DNA of 64,000 nt from a virus (Duplodnaviria; Caudoviricetes): positions 1 to 64,000 of the IMG/VR virus record IMGVR_UViG_2684623153_000002. One strand, given 5' to 3'. The position numbers and the translations under genes were made by a program. Below are positions 43,463-52,111 of the stretch, piece after piece (within the stretch, counting starts at the first letter, position 1; the number at the start of each line of letters is the position of its first letter). The notes under the pieces are model-generated. The model saw nothing but the letters and a program-made list of their open reading frames with translations. It searched no databases and had not been told where the DNA came from.

Positions 43463-43721
43463 TCTTTTCCCACTCTTTCTGCTTCTCTAGAAACTCGTTT
43501 TTCTCTTGTTGATGTACTTGTATCTCCGCAATAGCAGGAGGGAAACGTTTTTCAGCAATATGTTGATCAACTTTTTTTGAAACTGCCTCATACGGCAGTG
43601 CAGTTAAATGCTCTAACCAAATCCTGATTCTTTCTTGGCCAACAGTGTCAGTAGTAAGTTCAAATCTCGGATACGCAGCTGCTATCCTGGTTAAGATACT
43701 CATCGCTTGTTCTTCAGTCAT
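43434..43721 (-). CDS. Helicase loader/inhibitor (SPP1 G39P-like)
   Basis: IL..I.AAYP.F...W...L....YE.V......HI....FPP.IAEI. Confidence 0.8.
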   Translation of the reverse strand: MTEEQAMSILTRIAAAYPRFELTTDTVGQERIRIWLEHLTALPYEAVSKKVDQHIAEKRFPPAIAEIQVHQQEKNEFLEKQKEWEKNAKFAKRRG

Positions 43722-43725
43722 GCAA

Positions 43726-44565
43726 TCACTCTCCTCCAAACTTAATGCCTTTTTCTTTGGCGTATTGAGCTAATGCTGATAAATTGTCTTGTTGTTTCTT
43801 AGGTTTAAATTCAGATATATTGCTAGGTTGATTGTTTTTGGCATGCCATCGATCAAGAATGCCCTTCTCCAGGTAAGAAAATGATTTGATGCCATCCGCT
43901 CTATGTCTTGGTCGGTATTGATCGAATATCTCGTCGATCCACTTCATTATGTCTTCAAGGGGTATCTGCTCCTGAATGGTCCTATTAATTGCCTCTACAT
44001 CAGCAGGAGTTATCATCAATCCACCTTTTCGAGACAAGTATTTATCTTCGATTTGTTGGAAAGGAGAATCATTTCCTCTTGGCGCTCTCTCTTCTTCCTC
44101 TTCTTTAAATTCTTTAATTCTTAAATTCTTAACATTCTTGTTTGTGGACATTTGTTGGACATCCGTTGGACATCCGTTGGACATTTGATGGTCACTAGAA
44201 TGGTCAATCGACTTATCGTCCTGTTGGTAAAGTGCCCATTTATTAATGGTTACAAGAGAATATTTGGTGGTCTTTTTGATGGACAAAAAATTCATTTCTT
44301 CTAATTTTTCTAACCATCTATAAACCGTTCTTTCTGATTTTGCTTTATCGGATTTAGTCAAACCATCATTGAACATGTCAAACAAATCAAAGCGACCAGT
44401 TACAAATTGACCAGGCTCTAATTCCACCACCTGATTACCTATCATTTGTTGTCTTGATTTATGGCTCGCCTCGGTAAGACAGATGAGCCACAGCCTAAGT
44501 AAGTTAGGATTATTGAAAACTGGATTACCTCTTAATTTCCGATGTAATTTGATCCAACCTCGCAA
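43726..44565 (-). CDS. Phage replication initiator protein
   Basis: GWIKLHRK...L.PGQFVTGR N-terminus; internal iterons; IKSFSY.EK.I..W DnaD-like C-terminus. Confidence 0.85.
   Translation of the reverse strand: MRGWIKLHRKLRGNPVFNNPNLLRLWLICLTEASHKSRQQMIGNQVVELEPGQFVTGRFDLFDMFNDGLTKSDKAKSERTVYRWLEKLEEMNFLSIKKTTKYSLVTINKWALYQQDDKSIDHSSDHQMSNGCPTDVQQMSTNKNVKNLRIKEFKEEEEERAPRGNDSPFQQIEDKYLSRKGGLMITPADVEAINRTIQEQIPLEDIMKWIDEIFDQYRPRHRADGIKSFSYLEKGILDRWHAKNNQPSNISEFKPKKQQDNLSALAQYAKEKGIKFGGE
44101..44210. repeat. Phage replication origin: 11-bp iterons plus AT-rich repeats inside the initiator gene
   Basis: GTGGACATTTG, TTGGACATCCG x2, TTGGACATTTG, ATGGTCA x2; adjacent TTCTTTAAA-like repeats. Confidence 0.7.
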
Positions 44566-44584
44566 ATGACTTCCTCCTTTCCAA

Positions 44585-44776
44585 CTATTTGCGTTTGTCT
44601 TTGAGCCTACAAATAGCGTATTTACCTTCAATTTTTACTACTTCGAGATGCGGTTCATACTTGGCCATATATGTCCTGATATACATAACCAATACCTTTT
44701 TCCGCATCTGCGGAGCGACTGATCTGGCCATCGTAATAAAACAATAGGGATAAGCTGTTTTAATAAGCTCGTTCAT
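44585..44776 (-). CDS. Hypothetical phage protein
   Basis: ATGA coupled; Y..YEP.L.VVKI.G..AIC. Confidence 0.6.
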   Translation of the reverse strand: MNELIKTAYPYCFITMARSVAPQMRKKVLVMYIRTYMAKYEPHLEVVKIEGKYAICRLKDKRK

Positions 44777-45477
44777 TTCGGAACATAGACAACCTTTCCT
44801 GTTTGTTTTGCTATTTCTCGTTTGAATAGTTGCTCATCACTGTTTGTGTCAGATAAGTGCAATAACCATATTTCCTGCACTTTTGACAAGTCGTTTGCAT
44901 CTAGGAATGTCTTTACATTCTCTAAGCTGAAATGCGACTGGATGAGCCGGTTACGCATGCTTTTATGGATGCTCCCATTTTCGATATTTGCATCCAAGAT
45001 CGCTTCAGAGTAATTGCACTCAACCATGATGTGCGTGAGTCCAGGAAACTTATATTTGATGTAATAGGTGTCAGTGGCAAAGAGCAGCTTGTCTCCGTCC
45101 TCATTAGCCAATAGGAAGCCATACGGCTCTGATACGTCGTGTTGAACATCAAAGGGCATAATAAGCCACGTGCCGATCCTAAACGTCTGTCGAGCTTTTA
45201 CAAGATTGATTCTGTGGTGATTTTCCACTCCAAGAGCTTTTGCCGTTCCATGAGACATATAACAATCGATTCCTGCACGCAGGACATCTTTTAAAGCCTT
45301 GCAGTGATCACCATGCTCATGAGTGATGAGGCAACCAACGAAGCTCATATTGAAATCAAAAGCACGTTGCATCACTTTAAAGGTGATACCACACTCCAAA
45401 AGGAGCGGGGTTTTACCATCAGTCACCCGATAGCAATTCCCCTTACTACTTGATGAGACAGCGTTTATTTCAATCAA
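44773..45477 (-). CDS. Metallo-beta-lactamase-fold hydrolase/exonuclease
   Basis: SSS.GNCY, THEHGDH, HD..EP, ATDT, ECNY, LLHLS. Confidence 0.9.
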   Translation of the reverse strand: MIEINAVSSSSKGNCYRVTDGKTPLLLECGITFKVMQRAFDFNMSFVGCLITHEHGDHCKALKDVLRAGIDCYMSHGTAKALGVENHHRINLVKARQTFRIGTWLIMPFDVQHDVSEPYGFLLANEDGDKLLFATDTYYIKYKFPGLTHIMVECNYSEAILDANIENGSIHKSMRNRLIQSHFSLENVKTFLDANDLSKVQEIWLLHLSDTNSDEQLFKREIAKQTGKVVYVPK

Positions 45478-46394
45478 AATGGTGGTTCCTCATTTAATGC
45501 AGACGGCTTTTCATCATATTCATTTGATGGTTGTGGCTCAGGTTCTTCACTTTGCTTTATTTCAGGTGTTTCTTGATATCGTTCTGAATCTTCCTCAGGT
45601 TCATTGAAACCAACATCAATAATTTCTGAATTAGCATTCTCGCTAATTTCTTTTTTCACTTCATCCGGAGTAACATCTACCCGTTCGTTGTCATACTCAT
45701 TTTCAGTTGAGTTATTAATTGCTTGAACAAGTAGATCGCTGTCATCGCTTGTGTTTATAAAATTCTTAGCCGCACGATTGATAACGGTTCTTTTGGCCAT
45801 TTCCTGTGGAAACTTATTCTGAACCGCTTTTGTTTTCGCTTGGCTCCAGGAAGTTTCAATTTCTTTTTTTGTCATGATGGTTAGCAGTTCCATATCATCA
45901 ATGGTCTTCACTACTGCATAAGCCCCAATGATTGGCTTGTCTCTGTTTTCAAACTTCGTTTCATGCTTGATAAGTTTTTCCCGACCTCCATCAATCTCAT
46001 AATCAAATACATCGCCTTCAAAGATCACGTTTGCCCATATATCCTTAACATTGGTCAAACGTTTCAAGACTGCTTGTGTACCAAAATATGAACGATTTAG
46101 TTGTAATTGTTTCCCGTACGGAATGAAATAACATTGTGTTTTTGCAGGGCTTAAACCTTGTACAACCATATCCAATAATGAATTAGCAATAGATTCACGA
46201 GAGCAACTTTCTAATGCGGGTCTTCCATCTTTATCCTTCAGTTCTTGAAGCTTAAAAAAGGCACTCTTTAATGCATTGCTAGCATTATAGTTAGATGGAA
46301 GAACCAATCCTTCATCTTTTAACCTGCTTAGACTATTGTTCACATCATCTGTAATATTTTTTTGTAAATGTGCCAATTGATTCTGATTACTCAT
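45474..46394 (-). CDS. recT: RecT-family recombinase
   Basis: GLSPAK.QCYFIPYG; W......FP.EMAKRTVI.RA.K. Confidence 0.88.
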   Translation of the reverse strand: MSNQNQLAHLQKNITDDVNNSLSRLKDEGLVLPSNYNASNALKSAFFKLQELKDKDGRPALESCSRESIANSLLDMVVQGLSPAKTQCYFIPYGKQLQLNRSYFGTQAVLKRLTNVKDIWANVIFEGDVFDYEIDGGREKLIKHETKFENRDKPIIGAYAVVKTIDDMELLTIMTKKEIETSWSQAKTKAVQNKFPQEMAKRTVINRAAKNFINTSDDSDLLVQAINNSTENEYDNERVDVTPDEVKKEISENANSEIIDVGFNEPEEDSERYQETPEIKQSEEPEPQPSNEYDEKPSALNEEPPF

Positions 46395-48351
46395 TCGTAT
46401 CCTCCTCATTTGTTATCACTCGAAGCTCCTTGTCTTGTTTAGAAACGATCAAGCTAATAACTTGAGCATTCACATCGATTAGATTCGTGACCGCCTCGCT
46501 GTTATCAACGAAGATCGGCGCAGAAATACCATAATGCTCATTCAATGTATTAATGATGTCTAAACCGACATTAATACGCGCCGCATTGTTTAGGCCTTTA
46601 GAGTAAGGAACACCTTCATACAGCGTTTCGCAGGTCTCAGTTAACCCACCATTCACTTGCTCCTCAAACAATTTGAAGCGAGCGTACTTGAATTTGCTGT
46701 TTATCCGTTCTTCCATAAGGTTCATTTTGGTGCGTATAAATTCTTCAATCAGAAATGACTGTTGCTCGACTTCATTGTAGTCATCAGCCATTTTACGTTC
46801 TTCCTCTTTTAGCTCTTCAATCCGTTTCAGAGCTTGTTTGGCTTTATCAATGCAAAGTAAATCATTAAGAACCAATTTCATTTCTTGCTTTTTTTCCTTG
46901 ATCTGCTCGTTAATCGTTTGAACAGCTCCACTTGTCTCCTGCTCATCAGACTGGATCTCGTTATTGATCTTTTCGAGCTCCTCGATCTTGGCTAGATACA
47001 ATGGATTTTCGGAAAGCGGAGCAATGGACGCTTCAGCTTGCTCCATATTTTCTTTCAGTTTTTCTAAATTTGAAGCCTTAAATTTCTCTTCCAAATTCAA
47101 CTTTTGAATTTGCTCATCAACTTCATACAGCTCATTTTGCTTATTGTCATATTCAATTCCTAATTGTTTCCCTTTATCTACTATGCGCTCTAGGGATTCA
47201 CTTTTTTGTAAATTGAATTTCTCAATAGCAGCATTAATTTCACTTTCAGGAAGTGCTTGTCCGCAAGTCGGACATTCTGTTTGATGATCCTCAAACGTTT
47301 CTTCATTTTTTTTAGACCATTGTTCCCGCAACTCAAACCGTTCTTTATCTATTTGAGATAAAAAAGATGTTAAGTGCTCCTTCTTCGTGATCAAGTTTAT
47401 GAGATCATTTTGGGTTTGAGTAAGACTGTTTTTCGCTAAGTAATAGGCCTCTTTTTTCTCATTCACTACCTGAAATCTTTTTGAATCATGCTCATTCATG
47501 ATTTGTTGCAAATCGCCTTCGAGCTGCAGCATACGTTTTTTACGTTCAGCACCCGCATCCGCTCTGATAGAGCGAGCTTTCTCTTCCAATGCCATAAGTG
47601 ATGACTCCAGAGCTTTTAGCTCTTCTTTCAGTTGTTCATGGTCAAAATCACTGACATCATCAATAGAGCGGTTGATTTCATCTATCCTTACCGGATATTG
47701 CTCCAGGTTCTTAGTGATCTTTTTACGTTTTTCAGTAAGGATGCGCTTTTTCTCATCCAGACTTTTTCCATCTAAGATGGATTGAAGCTTTGACAATGAT
47801 TTGTTTTTTGAAATAACGTCCTCATCAGTCACAGCACCACCGATCTCCATGAGAACGTTTAGGCGATCCTGCCACTTCATTTGTTCGTTGAAATAACTTG
47901 GGGACGTAATGAGTTTGAAAATATCCTCAGAGATGATCTCATTGACCTTCTCAGCAAACTCTTTTTTCTTAACTGGCACGTCATTGACATAATAGTCAGT
48001 GGTATGGCCAGAAAAGACTTGCTTTGCTGATCCCCGTTTCTTGGTCCATTTCTCTGAATAGACCTTTTTCAATTCAACGGACTTTCCATCGATTAAGAGT
48101 ACAGCCGATACCTCATGATCAACGCCGCTTACCGCTTTGTTGTCCTTGGAAAGCGTCTTGATCTCAAAATCTTTTTTGTTTTGGCTGTCTTTATCAAAGA
48201 GCAACCACATGAAAGCATCAAACAACGTTGTTTTGCCTGTAGCGTTATCACCATAGACCTTTGCACTTTCTCCACCTGTTTCAAGGGTGAATGATTTTAC
48301 ACCCTTGAAATTTGATAGATGGAGTTCTGCCAACCTGATATTTTTGGTCAT
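46387..48351 (-). CDS. SbcC/Rad50-like coiled-coil ATPase
   Basis: NFKG, GDNATGKTT, CPTCGQ hook, PIFVDNSE. Confidence 0.88.
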   Translation of the reverse strand: MTKNIRLAELHLSNFKGVKSFTLETGGESAKVYGDNATGKTTLFDAFMWLLFDKDSQNKKDFEIKTLSKDNKAVSGVDHEVSAVLLIDGKSVELKKVYSEKWTKKRGSAKQVFSGHTTDYYVNDVPVKKKEFAEKVNEIISEDIFKLITSPSYFNEQMKWQDRLNVLMEIGGAVTDEDVISKNKSLSKLQSILDGKSLDEKKRILTEKRKKITKNLEQYPVRIDEINRSIDDVSDFDHEQLKEELKALESSLMALEEKARSIRADAGAERKKRMLQLEGDLQQIMNEHDSKRFQVVNEKKEAYYLAKNSLTQTQNDLINLITKKEHLTSFLSQIDKERFELREQWSKKNEETFEDHQTECPTCGQALPESEINAAIEKFNLQKSESLERIVDKGKQLGIEYDNKQNELYEVDEQIQKLNLEEKFKASNLEKLKENMEQAEASIAPLSENPLYLAKIEELEKINNEIQSDEQETSGAVQTINEQIKEKKQEMKLVLNDLLCIDKAKQALKRIEELKEEERKMADDYNEVEQQSFLIEEFIRTKMNLMEERINSKFKYARFKLFEEQVNGGLTETCETLYEGVPYSKGLNNAARINVGLDIINTLNEHYGISAPIFVDNSEAVTNLIDVNAQVISLIVSKQDKELRVITNEEDTNE

Positions 48352-48453
48352 GAACAAGCCTCCATTGATTTACAGTGCCAACCTGCTATAATAGGGGTTG
48401 ACACTTTTATTTTCTTTTTCTTGTAATTGGTTCACTTGTGGGAGTGAACCTTT

Positions 48454-48672
48454 TTATTTTGTATTCACAAATTTGAAGTCAAGATTCTCCTTCAAATATC
48501 GATTCAAATTATCCAGGAGAATCCTTTCCCCGACATTCTCATCAATGACATACTCATCATTAGAAAAAATCTCATCCCCAAAGTAGTCAGTTCCAACAAC
48601 ATCAACCACTTCAACGCCCTTTGGGTATCCAGTGGCATTTATTTGAGTGATCATTGGATGTTCAATGTTCAT
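48454..48672 (-). CDS. YqaI-like protein
   Basis: IEHPMI..I..TGYP...DYFGDEI...D.Y......I..DNL.RYL.E. Confidence 0.7.
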   Translation of the reverse strand: MNIEHPMITQINATGYPKGVEVVDVVGTDYFGDEIFSNDEYVIDENVGERILLDNLNRYLKENLDFKFVNTK

Positions 48673-48866
48673 GCTAAAACACCAACCTTTCTTCGGATTG
48701 CATCGGCTTTGAGCTTTTTGAATTTCTCAAAAGCCTCTTGATTAGGGAAATAGAAGTGCGGATTTCCATTGTTGTCCATGAGAATGGAGCCATTTACTTT
48801 AGATAGTCTTACTTGATCGCCAGTGTGATCACTGAATGGTTGTATAACCGCTTTTTCAAAAAACAT
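48669..48866 (-). CDS. Hypothetical phage protein
   Basis: AGGAGG RBS. Confidence 0.6.
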   Translation of the reverse strand: MFFEKAVIQPFSDHTGDQVRLSKVNGSILMDNNGNPHFYFPNQEAFEKFKKLKADAIRRKVGVLA

Positions 48867-49046
48867 AATCTTCGTCCTCCTATGATTTATTGATGCTTAT
48901 TCGCATCGTCCGACTGCGGATGGTGTTCAATTGGAATGGATGGGTGTGTGCGCATCGTCCATCCGCAAGCCGGACGACAAGAATAAAACTTGTCGTGCTC
49001 TTTAAAGAGCGATATAATTCATATTGATCAATTCGTTATTCATGAA

Positions 49047-49223
49047 CTAAGCAGTGAGTGTAGGAGCTTGCTGCTTTTTTCTTTGTCCTAAACCTAGTTG
49101 AGACTTTAAACGGGTTTCAGTTTGAAAATTAGAGATCTTCACATCCTCGTCATCACGTAACTTACACATTTCCTTTACTTCCTTAGCCTTCATCAACTTG
49201 CTTGCAGTGAACATGTATTTCAT
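49047..49223 (-). CDS. Hypothetical 58-aa protein (absent from the ORF track)
   Basis: MKYMFTASKLMKAKEVKEMC...; abuts the upstream stop codon. Confidence 0.55.
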   Translation of the reverse strand: MKYMFTASKLMKAKEVKEMCKLRDDEDVKISNFQTETRLKSQLGLGQRKKQQAPTLTA

Positions 49224-49499
49224 TTAAATCAACCCTTTCATTTTGTTTTTTAGTGATTTTGGATATTTGATTTTTGTAATACTTGCAGCCTGTTTTAATA
49301 AATGAACTTTAGCTTGGCTTTCGTAACGCTGAATTTGGTTTAATGATTTAGCAATATCTTTGTGAGCTGCTAATGCCGTAGCGATATCAGCACTCTCTAG
49401 TGCTTTCATTAATCTTTTTTGTAGTTGTTCAATACAGATCATTTCAGCTGTTATCCCTTCATGATCAATACTCTTGAAAATCGCTTTTCTCATCTTCAT
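49224..49499 (-). CDS. Hypothetical helical protein, possibly YqaH-like
   Basis: Position equivalent to skin yqaH; only weak motif resemblance. Confidence 0.5.
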   Translation of the reverse strand: MKMRKAIFKSIDHEGITAEMICIEQLQKRLMKALESADIATALAAHKDIAKSLNQIQRYESQAKVHLLKQAASITKIKYPKSLKNKMKGLI

Positions 49500-49753
49500 C
49501 CTCCAAACAAAGCCATGATGGCTGTAATCTGCTGTGTGACTGCCAGTGGATCAATGCCGCATAATGTAGCAATCATTGCTTCTTTAGCGTTTGTGGCTTC
49601 CATCCACCTTACATATGTAGGTACATCAAGCACCTTCTGATCATTTTCGATCTTTGATATGCAACTGCGAGAGCGGCTAAGCATTTCCGCTAACTTCTCT
49701 TGGGAAATGCCTGCTTGCACTCGGGCTTTACGAAGCACCACACCCAACTTCAA
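49496..49753 (-). CDS. XRE-family HTH protein
   Basis: LRKAR..AGISQEKLAE.L.RSRSCISKIEN. Confidence 0.8.
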   Translation of the reverse strand: MKLGVVLRKARVQAGISQEKLAEMLSRSRSCISKIENDQKVLDVPTYVRWMEATNAKEAMIATLCGIDPLAVTQQITAIMALFGG

Positions 49754-49849
49754 AACCTCTCCACCCCCTCTCAATGTTCCTATCTGGAACATGTTCCGAA
49801 TTGGAACAGCAAATCTCATATATCCGCTGTATTCTAAGGTGGTAAATTC

Positions 49850-50047
49850 TTAATCATTCACTGGCTGAAAGTTGGATTCCATTTGTGACATTTGCCATTC
49901 TTCAAGCACTTCTCGTGTAAAGAAGATTCTTTTCCTTACTCGGAAGAATGGTATTTGCCGCTCTTTCACCATTGTGTAAACAGTGTCGTGATGTACTCCA
50001 AGAAAATCAGCCGTTTCTTGAACACTCATAGTTGATTTTGTTGGCAT
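49850..50047 (-). CDS. Excisionase-type HTH_17 protein
   Basis: MSVQETA.FLGV...TVY.MV....IP..RV.KRI.F....L.EW. Confidence 0.85.
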   Translation of the reverse strand: MPTKSTMSVQETADFLGVHHDTVYTMVKERQIPFFRVRKRIFFTREVLEEWQMSQMESNFQPVND

Positions 50048-50075
50048 ATCTTATCTCTCCTAGTCATTAAATTCA

Positions 50076-50444
50076 ATTTCTATTTAAGAAATTTATTTCC
50101 GAAAGAAATCCTTAATGTCACAGTCTAATTCTTTAGCCAAGATTGGGAGATGGTTTGCTTTAAAGGCATATTCTCCTGTCTCATACTTCATATATGTTGA
50201 GGCATTTTTGAATCCTAATGCCTTGGCCATTTGTTGTAAATTAATTTGTTTGACATTACGTCTCGATTTGACAAATTTTAAATCTAACATATTTCCCTCC
50301 TCCCGATTTCTGTTTTAGAAATCCTGTTGTTGATTCAATAATACATTTCTAAAAAAGAAATTTCAACTGTTTTATTTCTAATTTAGCAATTTATTTTTTT
50401 CTACATTGGAAAAATGTTAAGATTTATATTGCTAATATAGAAAG
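50076..50444. promoter_or_regulatory. Six 17-bp palindromic operators of the lysis/lysogeny switch (ATTTCT-N5-AGAAAT)
   Basis: Copies at 50076, 50306, 50345, 50374, 50397 and 50428. Confidence 0.75.
50093..50290 (-). CDS. Cro-like XRE HTH protein
   Basis: QQMAKALGFKNASTYMKYETG; divergent from the repressor. Confidence 0.85.
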   Translation of the reverse strand: MLDLKFVKSRRNVKQINLQQMAKALGFKNASTYMKYETGEYAFKANHLPILAKELDCDIKDFFRK

Positions 50445-50457
50445 TTGGTGATTAAAG

Positions 50458-50823
50458 ATGCTGGCTGTAGGCGAAAGAATAATAAAATTAAGAGAACAAA
50501 AACAGTGGAACCAAAAAGAGTTGGCTCAAAAAATCAATATGAATGTCAGCGTAATGAACAGAATAGAAAAAGGAACACGTCCTTTAACTGATATTGAAAT
50601 TGTGAAGATCGCTGAGGTTTTTGGGGTATCTACAGATTATTTGCTAACTGGAAAAGATTATCGGTATGAAGCAGAACAACTTCTGAGATCAGGCAACGCG
50701 TCTACTGCTGCAAGTGATGGAAATACAGATATAGAAAAGAGAATTGAAAGAATTGAAAGAGCACTAAGACTCCAGGAAGGTCGTAAACCAGGGGATAAGC
50801 AAAATGACTTCAATGGTGATTAA
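50458..50823 (+). CDS. Prophage repressor (ImmR-like XRE)
   Basis: GERI..LRE...WNQKELA...RIE.G.R...IA.VFGVSTDYLL. Confidence 0.88.
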   Translation: MLAVGERIIKLREQKQWNQKELAQKINMNVSVMNRIEKGTRPLTDIEIVKIAEVFGVSTDYLLTGKDYRYEAEQLLRSGNASTAASDGNTDIEKRIERIERALRLQEGRKPGDKQNDFNGD

Positions 50824-50882
50824 ATAAAAACACTTCAATTACTTTCATACATGCATGATATTTCTTGAAGGGGGTCCTTATT

Positions 50883-51509
50883 TTGAAAAAGACTTTTTTT
50901 TACTTACTTATTGTTTTAATATCAACTTCTTTAGCTGCTTGTAATGCACAAAGTGCTAAAGTAAATGAATCAAATGAAAAGAGCGATAAACAGGAATCTA
51001 ATGAGGGGTCATCTGCTAAGAAGAAAACTAAAAAAGAAGCAGATGGAACACGAACCGCTCCCATACCTATTAAAGAGCCAATATATTTCAACGATTACAT
51101 AAGTACTTCAGATAACGAATTTGCTGCTGAATTAAAAATGAACGTAGAAGAGGTTATACGGGGAGATAAAGCATTTGATGTTTTATATGACAGGAATAGC
51201 ACAGTTGATAAACCTAAAAAGGGTTTTGAATGGGCACTTGTTAAGGTCAAAGTGAAGATGACAGATTCTGAAACTGATGATGAACCTCTTCTATTCACCC
51301 CGATCCTTAACTTCGATTTTTTTACTAGTGATGGATCTCCTTACACACAGGAATTAGGTTTTGTAGCTCCAAAGGACTTTAAAGGAGAAGTTTATAATGG
51401 CGGTTCTCTTGAAGGTTATATAGTGAACCAAGTGAAAAAAGGAGATGACTTTTTAATAGCTTATAAAAGTATATCTACAACAGGTAAACTATTCTTTAAA
51501 ACTAAATAA
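50883..51509 (+). CDS. Lipoprotein (DUF4352-like) in the lysogeny module
   Basis: Lipobox SLAAC, low-complexity linker, beta-rich domain. Confidence 0.75.
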   Translation: MKKTFFYLLIVLISTSLAACNAQSAKVNESNEKSDKQESNEGSSAKKKTKKEADGTRTAPIPIKEPIYFNDYISTSDNEFAAELKMNVEEVIRGDKAFDVLYDRNSTVDKPKKGFEWALVKVKVKMTDSETDDEPLLFTPILNFDFFTSDGSPYTQELGFVAPKDFKGEVYNGGSLEGYIVNQVKKGDDFLIAYKSISTTGKLFFKTK

Positions 51510-51547
51510 AAAATGCCCTTATTGGGCTTTTATTTTTAAACAAAAAC

Positions 51548-51561
51548 AGAACATACGTTTC
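51548..51561 (+). promoter_or_regulatory. LexA (SOS) box upstream of the immA-like gene
   Basis: AGAACATACGTTTC matches CGAACRNRYGTTYC. Confidence 0.65.
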
Positions 51562-51607
51562 TAATTCATTCAATTGTATTCTCATTATAGAAAGGGGCTA
51601 ATTCACA

Positions 51608-52111
51608 TTGAGGTATATAAATAGTCATCTAGAAGATTGGATTGAGTCATTCCTTAGTAATATTGGCATCACTGATCCTTCACAATTAGATAAACACAAA
51701 ATAGCTAATGACCTAGACATTTGGATATTTTATGTTAATGACACGAGTCATTATGTAGAGATTAACAACCTGTACACTATTTTTCTAAATAAAAATCTAT
51801 CTAAAGTAGAACAATGGCAGGATTTCGCTCATGAACTTTGCCATATTGTTAGACAATCTAGCAAATTCTCTAATTTTCATCTGACTAAAACTTTATGGAA
51901 TATCTATCAAGAAAGACAAGCAAATTATTTTGCTTATCATTTTTGCATTCCAACATTCATGTTAATAGATTTGGATTTACCCAAAGAACCTGAACTAGCT
52001 ATCTTGAAAGTTTCTAATATTTTTAAGGTTACTCCTGAATTTGCAAGTCACCGTTTAAACCTTTATTATCAAAATTTTTTTTCTCAGACAAGGAGCGTTT
52101 TATATGGCTAG
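51608..52111 (+). CDS. immA: ImmA/IrrE-family metallopeptidase (anti-repressor)
   Basis: WQDFAHELCH HExxH motif; ERQANYFA.HFCIP.FML. Confidence 0.9.
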   Translation: MRYINSHLEDWIESFLSNIGITDPSQLDKHKIANDLDIWIFYVNDTSHYVEINNLYTIFLNKNLSKVEQWQDFAHELCHIVRQSSKFSNFHLTKTLWNIYQERQANYFAYHFCIPTFMLIDLDLPKEPELAILKVSNIFKVTPEFASHRLNLYYQNFFSQTRSVLYG

